64,000 bases of DNA from a virus. Under the pieces are notes generated by a model. That model saw nothing but the letters and a program-made list of their open reading frames with translations. It was not told the DNA's origin and searched no databases. The stretch spans positions 16,183 through 80,182 of IMG/VR virus record IMGVR_UViG_3300033149_006612; one strand, written 5' to 3'. Made by a program: the position numbers and the translations under genes. Each line of letters opens with the position of its first letter. Within the stretch, counting starts at the first letter, position 1. Below, piece after piece: positions 35,460-45,307 of this stretch.

Positions 35460-38276
35460 TCATCCTGATCGGCCCAAGCTAACCCCGGTCCCTTCAGAGG
35501 ATTTACTCACCTCTCCAGACTGTTCTTCCGCTTCGTAATTCAAGTCTCCATGTATTAACACCTGCGTGTTGGGATCCATCTCGAACGGTTCAGTGGGTGG
35601 CGTGAAGTTAGACGTATAACGAGCATTACTGCTTATCCTTATCTCATCAAAACTACCTACTCCCGGAGATCCGCTCACAATCCCTCTAGCCCAAAACGTC
35701 TGCGACTTTTGAGGTAGATCCACTGAATTCGTTGAGGTAGAGCCGACTTGATTTCCATTAACAAACATACGGGTCGATCCACCGCTTCTACATACCGCCA
35801 GGTGATACCAGGTATCGGTTGCCGGAGTCCAGTTAACCTCTATCAACCAATTGTACGAACCTTCATACCGCCCGACCCTGAGAACCGGACTCGCCCCCGA
35901 TCTATCGAAGAACCAGTGCCACCTGCTTGACGTAGAATTCGCATGGGTGAAAATCGGAAACTTATTGATGCCTGCAGCCAGACCGCTGAACGACGTCGGC
36001 GTCTTCCACCAGCACTCCCATGTGAAATCCCCGGTGCCGGGTGCAGTATAACTGTCTATTTCGAGACCGGCAGTAGACGGCGGTGCCTCGCTTCCCCTCG
36101 TCCAAAACAGAGCGCCCGATCCAAATTTTTCTTCGAGTCCGTCATGGTCCGTCGCCCTCACACGCTGATTAAGAGTCACCGTATACGGAGACCCTCCGTT
36201 TTGAACCTCATCGGTAACTGTACTTCCATCTCCGTGTATCAAACTCAACGTATCTTCGTCGACGGTAAATGCAGCATCAGGCGGTGTAAACTCTGACGTA
36301 TACCTGGCTACGTTGCTGATTCTTATCTCATCGAATTCACCTACAAGAGCGTCGATCTGTGTCCCATCCGATAGGTTTCCCTCCCTGCCGAACCACATCG
36401 TGTTGTAATCCGCCAGGGATATGGAGTTCGTTGCCGTCCCCTTCGACACACCGTCTACAAAAAACTCCCACGCGTTGCCGTTCCTAACCAGCGCTATGTG
36501 ATACCAGGTATTATCTTCCGGCTGCCATGCCTTGTTGATGACGTTCGTCCAGTTCCCAGAACTCACCTCTACACGGAAGTCAAGAGCCGGTCCATCGTGT
36601 GCCGGTCCCCGCCACGCCATTATCCATCTGTGATCGTTGTCGGTATGGTAACTGAGGAACGTTTGGATCTTCTTCGAATCCATATCGTTACCGGTCTTCC
36701 ACCAGAACTCTACCGTGAAATCGCCGGTTCCGAGCGCAAATCCGGGCCTGTCCTGCAGAGTCAGATATCCGTCGTCACTTGCCGATCCGGTATATTGGTC
36801 TCCATAAAAATGTATCGCACCCGTCCCAAACTTTTTCGTCGTCAATGCCTGTATCTTCGTCGGTGTCAACGTTACGGCAGTCCCGCCCTCAATGGCCTCC
36901 GACTTCCGGGCATTTACGCTGCTCTCCGTCACCTTGTCTTCAGCATCAATCTCCTCGTCGCCCGTAAGTACAAAGTCTCCGATCTGAACGCCTTTCGAAG
37001 ATACGGTCGGCTGCGTCTGGTCACCGACCTCCATGACGATTTCAAGACTCGGGGTAAACAGATTGTCCCCATCGGTTATCTCGACGGCATAACGACGCCC
37101 GTCCTCCATAGGCGTCGTCCCGTTCAATGCTGACGACAGCTGCACGTCACCACGGTTCTCCGATCCGACGGCAGGTGTAACCTCTGCAGTAGCCTTGAAC
37201 CACACGTTCCCACCGGAATCCATGTCATTCCAGCCGTTATCTACTCTAACGGCTACCTTGTATTTCCCGGTCCCGGCATTCTTATATCCGATGGAGCGGA
37301 GATACGCCACTTGATCTGCAGCTACCCCGTCTCCCCATCTGCTTGCCGTATATAGAAATCTCCCGTCAGTTACGTCAGGTTGCTCAACGGCAGGCGGTTG
37401 ACGGAACGGAATCGGTATCCTGACGCCTTCGACCAGCGAAAGCCGCATCCACAATCGCGCCGAGTACAGCGCCATATCGGCCGCCCCACCGTTCCAATAC
37501 TTCACCTCGAACGATTCACCGTCGGTGAAGTTTTCTGCATCATCGGCGAAGTCTGCCTGGAACGCCTGCACATCAGTCCCGGTATTCGTAGTGGGTCCTA
37601 CTTCGCTGCCCGCAACCTTGCCCCCATTTGAATTGAACAATGCCGCCCGCGTCCCACCGGGATCCACATCACCGCCCAGATTACAATCCAGCGTCCATCC
37701 GTCAATGACGGCGTTCCCATGCCAGAAATCCTTGTCCTTCTTCCATAGTACGAAGTTCCCCGCCGATACTTGGCTCGGCGATGTACTGCCGGGCGATGAA
37801 ATCAGTTCGGGTGTCTGCCCCCAATCGGCCGTGTGATTCGATGGGGCACTGTAAAAATCCATCAGGTTGAACGGGATAGCAAGCTTCGTGGCATTCGTCA
37901 GCACCACCACAACAAAGCACTGCAGGCACGGCCCGAGCACATCACCTTCGTCGGCTGGCATACTGAGATAATAGTTACGCGCCGTCACCATATCCAGCGA
38001 CAGACCGGTCGCCCGCTGCCTCCCGTAACTGCGGTTACCGGCAGGTAGCGACACCGTGTCCTGCTGCGTTCCGTCATCCCTATATATCCTAATCGTGTGG
38101 CTGTTTTGAGCGGTCTTATCGATCGAAAAAAACTCAAGCTCCATCGATATACTGTCCGCTTCAAACCAGCTCGGGTTGAAATGGAACATGTTCCGTTTAA
38201 ACCGCTTCGTTGTGAGCGAGTCGGCCTTGAACGAACCATTCCCAACGGGTATGTAAACCTCGCAATTGACGCCCAT
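35460..38276 (-). CDS. Multi-LamG tail/receptor-binding protein
   Basis: Repeated KFG.GA, GTGDFT.E.WWK, WYH.A..R.G, FDEIRIS..ARYTS.FTPP. Confidence 0.85.
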   Translation of the reverse strand: MGVNCEVYIPVGNGSFKADSLTTKRFKRNMFHFNPSWFEADSISMELEFFSIDKTAQNSHTIRIYRDDGTQQDTVSLPAGNRSYGRQRATGLSLDMVTARNYYLSMPADEGDVLGPCLQCFVVVVLTNATKLAIPFNLMDFYSAPSNHTADWGQTPELISSPGSTSPSQVSAGNFVLWKKDKDFWHGNAVIDGWTLDCNLGGDVDPGGTRAALFNSNGGKVAGSEVGPTTNTGTDVQAFQADFADDAENFTDGESFEVKYWNGGAADMALYSARLWMRLSLVEGVRIPIPFRQPPAVEQPDVTDGRFLYTASRWGDGVAADQVAYLRSIGYKNAGTGKYKVAVRVDNGWNDMDSGGNVWFKATAEVTPAVGSENRGDVQLSSALNGTTPMEDGRRYAVEITDGDNLFTPSLEIVMEVGDQTQPTVSSKGVQIGDFVLTGDEEIDAEDKVTESSVNARKSEAIEGGTAVTLTPTKIQALTTKKFGTGAIHFYGDQYTGSASDDGYLTLQDRPGFALGTGDFTVEFWWKTGNDMDSKKIQTFLSYHTDNDHRWIMAWRGPAHDGPALDFRVEVSSGNWTNVINKAWQPEDNTWYHIALVRNGNAWEFFVDGVSKGTATNSISLADYNTMWFGREGNLSDGTQIDALVGEFDEIRISNVARYTSEFTPPDAAFTVDEDTLSLIHGDGSTVTDEVQNGGSPYTVTLNQRVRATDHDGLEEKFGSGALFWTRGSEAPPSTAGLEIDSYTAPGTGDFTWECWWKTPTSFSGLAAGINKFPIFTHANSTSSRWHWFFDRSGASPVLRVGRYEGSYNWLIEVNWTPATDTWYHLAVCRSGGSTRMFVNGNQVGSTSTNSVDLPQKSQTFWARGIVSGSPGVGSFDEIRISSNARYTSNFTPPTEPFEMDPNTQVLIHGDLNYEAEEQSGEVSKSSEGTGVSLGRSG

Positions 38277-38286
38277 TGCCGCGACC

Positions 38287-38592
38287 TCATTTCACAGGAT
38301 GGATATACAGGGATCCGTCATCCTCTCCGGTATCCTTAATCGCAGCAATCCGTGCCCCCTTACTGACCGGGAATCTGTAAGTCGCATTCGCCACCATGAA
38401 ATAGCTAGTGCCGACTACCGCTGTAGGAGTACCGGTACTGGCGATCCGGATCCATACATTGACGGTGGATACCAGATCCACAAATACGTCCTCCGCATCG
38501 GCAGCCAGGAGTTCGGTGTTAGCCGAAGTTCCGGTTACCGACAAAACCTTCCCGGTCAAATCCTCCGGGGTCTTGAAGCCTTTCTCAATCAT
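38287..38592 (-). CDS. Small virion-associated protein
   Basis: Beta-rich ORF in the tail module. Confidence 0.6.
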   Translation of the reverse strand: MIEKGFKTPEDLTGKVLSVTGTSANTELLAADAEDVFVDLVSTVNVWIRIASTGTPTAVVGTSYFMVANATYRFPVSKGARIAAIKDTGEDDGSLYIHPVK

Positions 38593-38593
38593 C

Positions 38594-39619
38594 CTACAAC
38601 CTCTCTAAGAGTAGATTCATGTTATAAACGGTCAGATTCTGTACAGGTCCCGAAGCGTCTTGGACCTGCAACGTCAGTATATCGCCGGAGTCCAGGTCAA
38701 CGAAGCTGACGTGGGTGGCGACTCCGGTGTCGGAACTGCCCGTAGTCCTCCGCATCCGGGTCTTATAGGCCGGTGCCGCCCCGTTGATGCTCAACCCAAA
38801 TATATAATCGCCACCGGAACCGCCGGAAAAGCTGACATGATAAGTTAAGCGGTAATTGCCGCCTACCTCTACTAACAGCGAATAGTTGCCGGATTTCTGC
38901 ATACCGGCAGTCGGACCCAACGACAGCTGACCGCCGTTGCCGGTGATGTCGGTCCAGACACCGGCACCGGAGGGAGACACCGTAAAGCTGCTGGAATCCT
39001 CATACAGCTCACCGTAGACCTTATCGACGAGGGTACAACGGATGTTGTCATCCACGTCCACCACGGCCAGGAAGATGATCCGCCTTCCGGGATAGATGGT
39101 ATCCGGCTCATTGTCAAAGATCCACTTAGACTCAAAGTCGATGCTGTGGGCACTGTCAGTACCGGCCACGCCCGTTACATCGATCATGAACATGACGCCC
39201 CGTGGCAGTACTGACGGATCCTTCATCGTAATCGTATCGATCACGGCTATCCGGTGATAGAGGCCCTGCCCGAGATCTATGGTGAAATCGCCGGACTGGT
39301 TCCCCCAGTCCTTAAAGCCCTGTATCGGAGCGTCCACCAGACCGGCTCCGGCCTGTCTGGCTTTCCATACCTGGTCGGCATTGTCCCATCGCAACCTTGG
39401 TTTTTCCCCGGCTCCGTCGGCGGTCTGAGCCTCGATCGTTTTATCGCTGTCGGTGCCGTCCCCAAGATGGATGGTATCCTCATGATGTCCGGTTGATGGA
39501 TCGTGGTCGACTTCATGCTGCTGCTTATTATACTCCGTGTTCTCGATCAGATCGTTGACGTCCTGATAGAATAGAGGATCCCCCAAAGTCTTATCCGTTA
39601 TCGCGTTCCAATCTGCCAT
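38594..39619 (-). CDS. Tail fibre-like protein with C1q/BclA-like C-terminal domain
   Basis: G.YRLTYHVSF...L..GD.LTL pattern at the C-terminus; tail-module position. Confidence 0.6.
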   Translation of the reverse strand: MADWNAITDKTLGDPLFYQDVNDLIENTEYNKQQHEVDHDPSTGHHEDTIHLGDGTDSDKTIEAQTADGAGEKPRLRWDNADQVWKARQAGAGLVDAPIQGFKDWGNQSGDFTIDLGQGLYHRIAVIDTITMKDPSVLPRGVMFMIDVTGVAGTDSAHSIDFESKWIFDNEPDTIYPGRRIIFLAVVDVDDNIRCTLVDKVYGELYEDSSSFTVSPSGAGVWTDITGNGGQLSLGPTAGMQKSGNYSLLVEVGGNYRLTYHVSFSGGSGGDYIFGLSINGAAPAYKTRMRRTTGSSDTGVATHVSFVDLDSGDILTLQVQDASGPVQNLTVYNMNLLLERL

Positions 39620-39636
39620 GATAGTCTACCTCCGTT

Positions 39637-41358
39637 TTACGAGCAAAATGTATGAGGATCGGAACCGTCTCCGAACTTTCCGGTGATCTCATCGGCCAGA
39701 TACCACCACGTTTCCTTTTCAGCATCGGTAGCAGACGGGTAGTCGGATGGCGGGTTATCCCGATCAGCCAAAACGTGGCATTCCACCAGATTGGTCCTGA
39801 TCCCCGTGACGCTGTATTTCAGTTTGTCAAAGTCGAACTTGAGCCCGGAAATCCAGATCGGCTCTTCCGTCGGACCGGCTCGCTGGTAATGGGTCACATT
39901 GATGTACTCACCGATTTCCAGGTTCGACATCGTCTCCGGTGCCGGTACCTCAAATTCGACTATATCGGATACCGTCCTCCGTAGGAACAACCGCTTCTGC
40001 GCCACGTCCAACGCAGTAGTGGCGTCACCCACAAACCAGAAGAACGGTGAATCCTCGTACACCCGCCCCAGCACGGACAGGCCCTGGGCATCTTCAACCG
40101 ACCCGAAACCGCGCCAGTTCTTCGCCAACCAGTCCCGGTCGTACTGGTAGCTTACCTTATTCTTAACGTTCCCCTGTTCGGCCTGGGAGAACGTGTTCAT
40201 CAGGATTAGTTGGGTCTCGTCATACGTCTCCGGGTCCGCCGCGATCGCCTCAAAGATCTTGATGTCCAGCCTACCTCTGGTATTGACGAACATGAACATG
40301 TTGAATGAACTCAGGAACCGTGCTACCACGTCCTCGATGCTGGTCAATTCCAGCACGGCCCCGTTACACAGCCAGCCCCGGCTAAGGACGAACTGATTGG
40401 CCGTGTTCCATGATGATTTTTCGAACTTGGAAAAGGTTATGCCCACATGATTGACCAGGAAATCGCGCAGGCATTCGATCGGGGAGGTCGCCAAGGCCCC
40501 CCCGGCTCCGCCGGACAGGGTAGCGCCCCTAACGTTGGCCGTAACCGTATCAAACCGGATGAAGGTGTGGTCTACCCCGTCCACCGTCGTGGTGTCGATG
40601 AAATAATCCGTATTAAGGACCATCCCGAGGTCATCCTCCACGTGCTGTCCGTACAGGTAGACGTCGTCCACCGAGTGAACCGCGGTCTGTGCTACCAGGT
40701 GTCGATGTGCCACGGTATCCACGTATGGGCAGGGAACCGCCCCTCCGGTCGCACTCAGGTTACCGTAGATGATCGGTTTGAAGGTCCACGGCTCCCGCTT
40801 CTCCGGCAGGTTCGGGAACTGCTCCTCGGTAATGACCCCGGAGACGTCCCGGTTAAAGAGGTCATAGGTATAATCCCGGAGGGTAATGAGGAAGGACTGG
40901 TCCTCCATGATCCTGCCGGTGTACACCGTCCCCTCGAATATCTTCGAGAAATCGTTGGAGAAGGATCCGCCCTCCGGACCGATGTACAGGGTCCCGGTTC
41001 CACCCCGGATCGTGTCCGTCGTCTTCCAGGTCGTGAAGTGGCCGTCCGCGTTACTGAGCTTAATGCTGACGTTACCTACGATCGGCATGCCGGGCGGATT
41101 AGGAATCGATCTGACGCCTACACCGTATGAAAGGATTCGAGGGTCATACCACCTGGTAGGATGCTTGACGGCCACGCTGGAGTAATACCGGGTCTCGTTA
41201 TTACTGGAGAGTTCCAGCAACAGCAGTTCCCCCTGCAGGCTCGGCAGTTCGTCGCTGGGACCCGGCCACCAGTTGATGTGCCAGTACGAGGGGTCACCGC
41301 TCCCTATCTGACCGGCAAACCAACTGGCATCAAAATACCCCTCTCCGCCTTCAGGCAT
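39637..41358 (-). CDS. Tail tip/hub protein
   Basis: SIKLSNADG, KPIIYG, LEIGEYINVTH; downstream of the tape measure. Confidence 0.6.
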   Translation of the reverse strand: MPEGGEGYFDASWFAGQIGSGDPSYWHINWWPGPSDELPSLQGELLLLELSSNNETRYYSSVAVKHPTRWYDPRILSYGVGVRSIPNPPGMPIVGNVSIKLSNADGHFTTWKTTDTIRGGTGTLYIGPEGGSFSNDFSKIFEGTVYTGRIMEDQSFLITLRDYTYDLFNRDVSGVITEEQFPNLPEKREPWTFKPIIYGNLSATGGAVPCPYVDTVAHRHLVAQTAVHSVDDVYLYGQHVEDDLGMVLNTDYFIDTTTVDGVDHTFIRFDTVTANVRGATLSGGAGGALATSPIECLRDFLVNHVGITFSKFEKSSWNTANQFVLSRGWLCNGAVLELTSIEDVVARFLSSFNMFMFVNTRGRLDIKIFEAIAADPETYDETQLILMNTFSQAEQGNVKNKVSYQYDRDWLAKNWRGFGSVEDAQGLSVLGRVYEDSPFFWFVGDATTALDVAQKRLFLRRTVSDIVEFEVPAPETMSNLEIGEYINVTHYQRAGPTEEPIWISGLKFDFDKLKYSVTGIRTNLVECHVLADRDNPPSDYPSATDAEKETWWYLADEITGKFGDGSDPHTFCS

Positions 41359-41447
41359 CTTATCTCATCCCTCTCATATATCGTCCTGCGTCTCCTCTAC
41401 GCAGAAAGGCCATGGTGGTTATATATATATAGCCACCCCACATCAAA

Positions 41448-41473
41448 AGCCGAGGAAGATACCTTCCTCGGCT
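41448..41473 (-). terminator. Intrinsic terminator
   Basis: AGCCGAGGAAG-GTAT-CTTCCTCGGCT followed by TTT on the minus strand. Confidence 0.7.
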
Positions 41474-42053
41474 AAGATGAAGGTGACAGCGTTATGGCCG
41501 TCCTCTCATCGAACGCGTTTACAACACCGATGATGCGGACCGCGTTTCCGTTCGGGGTCTTAAAAGTCGATCCCTGATCCGTGGTTACCCCGGCCAAGGC
41601 TGCCAGGATGATCGACTCGGCCTGCTGCCGGGTGATGCTCCCCTCCGATTCGATCACCGAATCGTCCACTCCCGCCGTCACCAGTGAGACGAACGCGTCA
41701 TCCGTGATGTTCCGGTTTCGGGCGTGCTGCCCGTCACTGTTACCGTAGAAGGTTATGTTTATCTGTTGATCCTCCCACGCCTTGGGATCGGTCTGGTCTA
41801 TGATCAGGACGGTTAACCTCTTACATTGAGTCTCGGCATCGGTGAGCACCAATCGAAACGTCCCCTTCTCCACATGGGACGGTAAATTTGTCGCATCCCC
41901 GGTCGTGGGACCCCCGGTCTCATTCGTATATTTATGCAGGCGGACGTCCCCCGTGACGAATGAAGGAGGGTCATCGTTAAAATTCATCTCACCCGTCCGG
42001 AGGAGGGGGAATTCAACCTGCGTGCTCACTCCATATTGACGTTCAAACTCCAT
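41472..42053 (-). CDS. Virion structural protein (hypothetical)
   Basis: ORF in the tail module. Confidence 0.65.
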   Translation of the reverse strand: MEFERQYGVSTQVEFPLLRTGEMNFNDDPPSFVTGDVRLHKYTNETGGPTTGDATNLPSHVEKGTFRLVLTDAETQCKRLTVLIIDQTDPKAWEDQQINITFYGNSDGQHARNRNITDDAFVSLVTAGVDDSVIESEGSITRQQAESIILAALAGVTTDQGSTFKTPNGNAVRIIGVVNAFDERTAITLSPSS

Positions 42054-42065
42054 ACCTTACATCTC

Positions 42066-43211
42066 CTAAAAGCCACGGCTTATACCCCGGTTGCCCCCCC
42101 TGAATATCCCACGCTCCCTAACCCCGACACCGGTCGGTATCTCGATCAGTACTTCGACCGGCAGCTGGGTCAATCTCGCCGGGTTTACATTTGAATTAAG
42201 CACCGCTTCTAGCGCCACCTGCGTCACCCGGACCTGTGCATCCGTCGGGGTAACCAGGACCTCGGCCCCGGCCTGGGTCACCTGCGCCTCGTCGTCGAGC
42301 GAATCGGTGCCGAAGCAGAAATAATGATAGGTGTCCCCGCTTCGATTTACATTCGAGCTGTTCCCCAGCGAAAAGCCGGTGGCGGAAAGCGTGATGCCGT
42401 TACTGAATCCGCTACCGGTCTCCACCGTCCTTCCCTGGGTGGTTGAGGTACCCGATTGATAGGTGTCGTAGTAGGACATCTCGACCCGGTCCCGGAAAGA
42501 GAAGCTGCCACCTATGGTCGAATTCCCCTTAATGAAAACCATCATCGGGGCAAATCCGACGTCGACGCTCTGACTCGATCCGTTCCCGGTATAGCTGCCC
42601 TCCGCGAAGTTCCCGGTAAAGGTATCCAATATACCCCAGTAATAATAGGTCTGATCGATCTGATTGACGTTGTTCGCGTTTCCTATCTGGAACCCGTTCG
42701 TGATGAAGGCCTGGATGTGGTTGGCAGCCAGGCCGGAACTCATGTCGTAATAAGAATTGTCACCGGCAATCGTGGCGATCCTCCAGACGCATTCATAACT
42801 GGAACTGGCCGGTATGATCATCAGCATTTGAGGGTCGGACGACAGCCCGACGATGTTCCGGTTGTCCGTGCCGTCCCCGACATAACTACCGGTGAAAAAA
42901 TCCGTCCCCCACATCGCACACCAACCGTAGGCAGACGGAATCGATTGTGCAGAGGTTATAGTGGGTGCGGCGTTAAAGTTATCGCTGTCCCCGATGGTGA
43001 AGCCCTGGCTGTCCAGGCTGATGATACGGTCCGCCCCGCCGAGCCTGGCGTCGTAGTAATGGGTGTCAAGCAGCATCTCGGGAGTTTTGACGGCCAGACC
43101 CCGGCCTGAAAACCAGTAATGCAGGATAACCGGTTGGCCCCCGATCCTCCTGATCTGCTTCGTGGCCGATCCGTCCCCGAGATGGACGCCGTTAACGCAG
43201 TATAGGCTCAT
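42066..43211 (-). CDS. Tail-associated protein with three GSY.G.G repeats
   Basis: Repeats GSYVGDG/GSYTGNG...GF.IG...N.N....Y.Y. Confidence 0.65.
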   Translation of the reverse strand: MSLYCVNGVHLGDGSATKQIRRIGGQPVILHYWFSGRGLAVKTPEMLLDTHYYDARLGGADRIISLDSQGFTIGDSDNFNAAPTITSAQSIPSAYGWCAMWGTDFFTGSYVGDGTDNRNIVGLSSDPQMLMIIPASSSYECVWRIATIAGDNSYYDMSSGLAANHIQAFITNGFQIGNANNVNQIDQTYYYWGILDTFTGNFAEGSYTGNGSSQSVDVGFAPMMVFIKGNSTIGGSFSFRDRVEMSYYDTYQSGTSTTQGRTVETGSGFSNGITLSATGFSLGNSSNVNRSGDTYHYFCFGTDSLDDEAQVTQAGAEVLVTPTDAQVRVTQVALEAVLNSNVNPARLTQLPVEVLIEIPTGVGVRERGIFRGGNRGISRGF

Positions 43212-44251
43212 ATCCTGACCTCACACCCGAATTCACAATTGTTCACCTTATCTATAGTCCAGGCCGCCGAATTCGGATCTACGTCTTCGAACAGCTGGTC
43301 GTACATCCAATCGGCATTAATCGCCTTAACGTCCGTGGTCTGGCCTTCCCCGGAGTATGGACCGGTCAGGACCGCGTATCCCCCCAACTTCCGGACCCCT
43401 GGGTGCTCCTTCATCCCCCTTATATTCCAAGCTACGGTATGTACATCCCCCACCGTGCTGACCAGATCGGCATATGTATATGTATCCTTGTTACCCACGG
43501 CCGTGGTATGGACGTAGCTCGTGGCGTCGTCCGGGTCTGCCTCATCGACGGCCTGATAATTGCTGGCCGCCCCGGAGACCGACCAGGTCGTGTAGGTCCC
43601 GGTTCCGATCGGAAGGATCGATTCCACCCGGCAGTTACCCTTCGGCGTGTTACCGTCCAGGATGTAGACGTCATCCCAGTGAAAATTGACTCCAACCGTA
43701 CCGCCGAAGCCCTCGAAGCTACCCAGTATACTCATGTCGATGAAGGCGTTGGCCGAATTCTGGGTATCCTGCCCGGTTAGATTAAACTCCTGGACCCTGT
43801 TGCCAGCGCTGTCGGTCAGCCACATGTTGAACACACCGGCCGTGTTGTCGATGGTGACCGCAATCTCTATGTAGTACCATTCGTTAGCGTTTATCACCGA
43901 ACTGGTACCCAGCAGGATCCCGCCGTGCCTATATGCCCTCAACGATCGATCGGTATGGATGGTTAGGTATACCTGCCGGGTATAGTTCTCCCGGCATTCC
44001 CAGATCGTCCTAGCCGCGGACGGGGTCCCGGTGACCTCAAATCCGAATCCGACTACATGTGTAGTCAGCTGGGGAAGCGCAACTCCGGCCCCCTGGTTTT
44101 CCCGACTGTCGGAATAAAGATGCTGATTGCCGGTCCTCGGGTTCGTGGTCCTGATCTCAAAGGTGTTGCTGAACACCCTCTCCACCCGGTCATACTTATC
44201 CGTGATTTCGCTGTAATGATCGAAGCTGTCGATAAACTTGAAATCAGACAT
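43208..44251 (-). CDS. Virion protein, paralogue 3 (LamG-like)
   Basis: DSFDHY, WYYIE, DDVYI, NYQAVDE shared with the two neighbours. Confidence 0.7.
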   Translation of the reverse strand: MSDFKFIDSFDHYSEITDKYDRVERVFSNTFEIRTTNPRTGNQHLYSDSRENQGAGVALPQLTTHVVGFGFEVTGTPSAARTIWECRENYTRQVYLTIHTDRSLRAYRHGGILLGTSSVINANEWYYIEIAVTIDNTAGVFNMWLTDSAGNRVQEFNLTGQDTQNSANAFIDMSILGSFEGFGGTVGVNFHWDDVYILDGNTPKGNCRVESILPIGTGTYTTWSVSGAASNYQAVDEADPDDATSYVHTTAVGNKDTYTYADLVSTVGDVHTVAWNIRGMKEHPGVRKLGGYAVLTGPYSGEGQTTDVKAINADWMYDQLFEDVDPNSAAWTIDKVNNCEFGCEVRI

Positions 44252-44260
44252 ATCTAAAGT

Positions 44261-45307
44261 CTAGGCCGTCAGGATGTATCCGGCCTCCATCGCGTTAACC
44301 CCGGCTACGGTCCACGCCGTCGCCGTGTCGGGATCGGTCTCCCAGATATGCCAGTAATGCTTATAATACGGATCCAGGTTCTCATCGTTGCCGGATGCCT
44401 CGGCAGTACCGGATCTTATCCTTAAAGCGATGGTCCTCGTGGCGTCCAACGCGTTCCTATCCCGAGCCCAGATCCAAGGTTTAACCGCGTGTACCGTCCC
44501 GGCCGTGGTAGACAGGTTCTGTTGGGCAAACGTATCCTGATCGGTAACCGTAGCTGAGTAATTGAACGTCCCATCCTGGTCTATCTGATCGGTCTCATCT
44601 ACTTCGAGGTAATTCGATCCCCCACCGATGCCGGTCCAATCGGCGTTCGTCCCGGCCCCGCTGGGTCTGATCGTCTCCACGAGCGGGTCACCCAGTTTAG
44701 TCCCTGCGCCGGTCATGATATACAGATCGTCAATGCGCCACGGGTCCCAGTTGCTCTGTAGGGTCTGGGATCCACCTATATAGACGGTATCGACCCCGTC
44801 GAGAGAGGCATGAGCGTTAAAGTCGATGCCGGTTCGGTCAATCTTCTGTACCCCGTTGATCCAAACCTGAATCTCCCCGTTCGGCGACTCCCGGCAAACC
44901 GCCCTTAACTCTACATAATTCCAAGTTCCGATCTTGAGCGCCCCGCCGGTAAACCGGTCCACCTCTCCGGCGGTCTGCCAGATCTGCAGGCCCCCTCCAC
45001 GAATTAAGCGTAGTGAGAATTGAAGGGTAGTATTCCGGTAGCATTGTGCCAGGATCTGTTCCTGGCCGGTCCCCGAACCGTCACGATCGTTCTCAAGCCA
45101 GACGGCGAACCCGAATATGACCGTTTGATCCGCCGTGAAGGTATATTTATGGTACGCCCGGGAGTTCTCATGCCGTTTGGAATATCCGCCGAATCTGCCG
45201 GTGGCCCGGCGGAATTGAGCGACCGCGATACCGTCGGTGGTTAAGTTCTGGGCCTTGTGCCACCACCAGCTCGAAAAATCGTACCCCTCCATCGCTTCGA
45301 GCGCCAT
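44261..45307 (-). CDS. Virion protein, paralogue 2 (LamG-like)
   Basis: EGYDF, WNYVE, DDLYI, NYLEVDE. Confidence 0.7.
   Translation of the reverse strand: MALEAMEGYDFSSWWWHKAQNLTTDGIAVAQFRRATGRFGGYSKRHENSRAYHKYTFTADQTVIFGFAVWLENDRDGSGTGQEQILAQCYRNTTLQFSLRLIRGGGLQIWQTAGEVDRFTGGALKIGTWNYVELRAVCRESPNGEIQVWINGVQKIDRTGIDFNAHASLDGVDTVYIGGSQTLQSNWDPWRIDDLYIMTGAGTKLGDPLVETIRPSGAGTNADWTGIGGGSNYLEVDETDQIDQDGTFNYSATVTDQDTFAQQNLSTTAGTVHAVKPWIWARDRNALDATRTIALRIRSGTAEASGNDENLDPYYKHYWHIWETDPDTATAWTVAGVNAMEAGYILTA

Noticed and set aside
5960-41430. TATAT(G/A) words in several intergenic gaps as a late-promoter consensus
   Set aside because: Too short and variable to support without motif statistics
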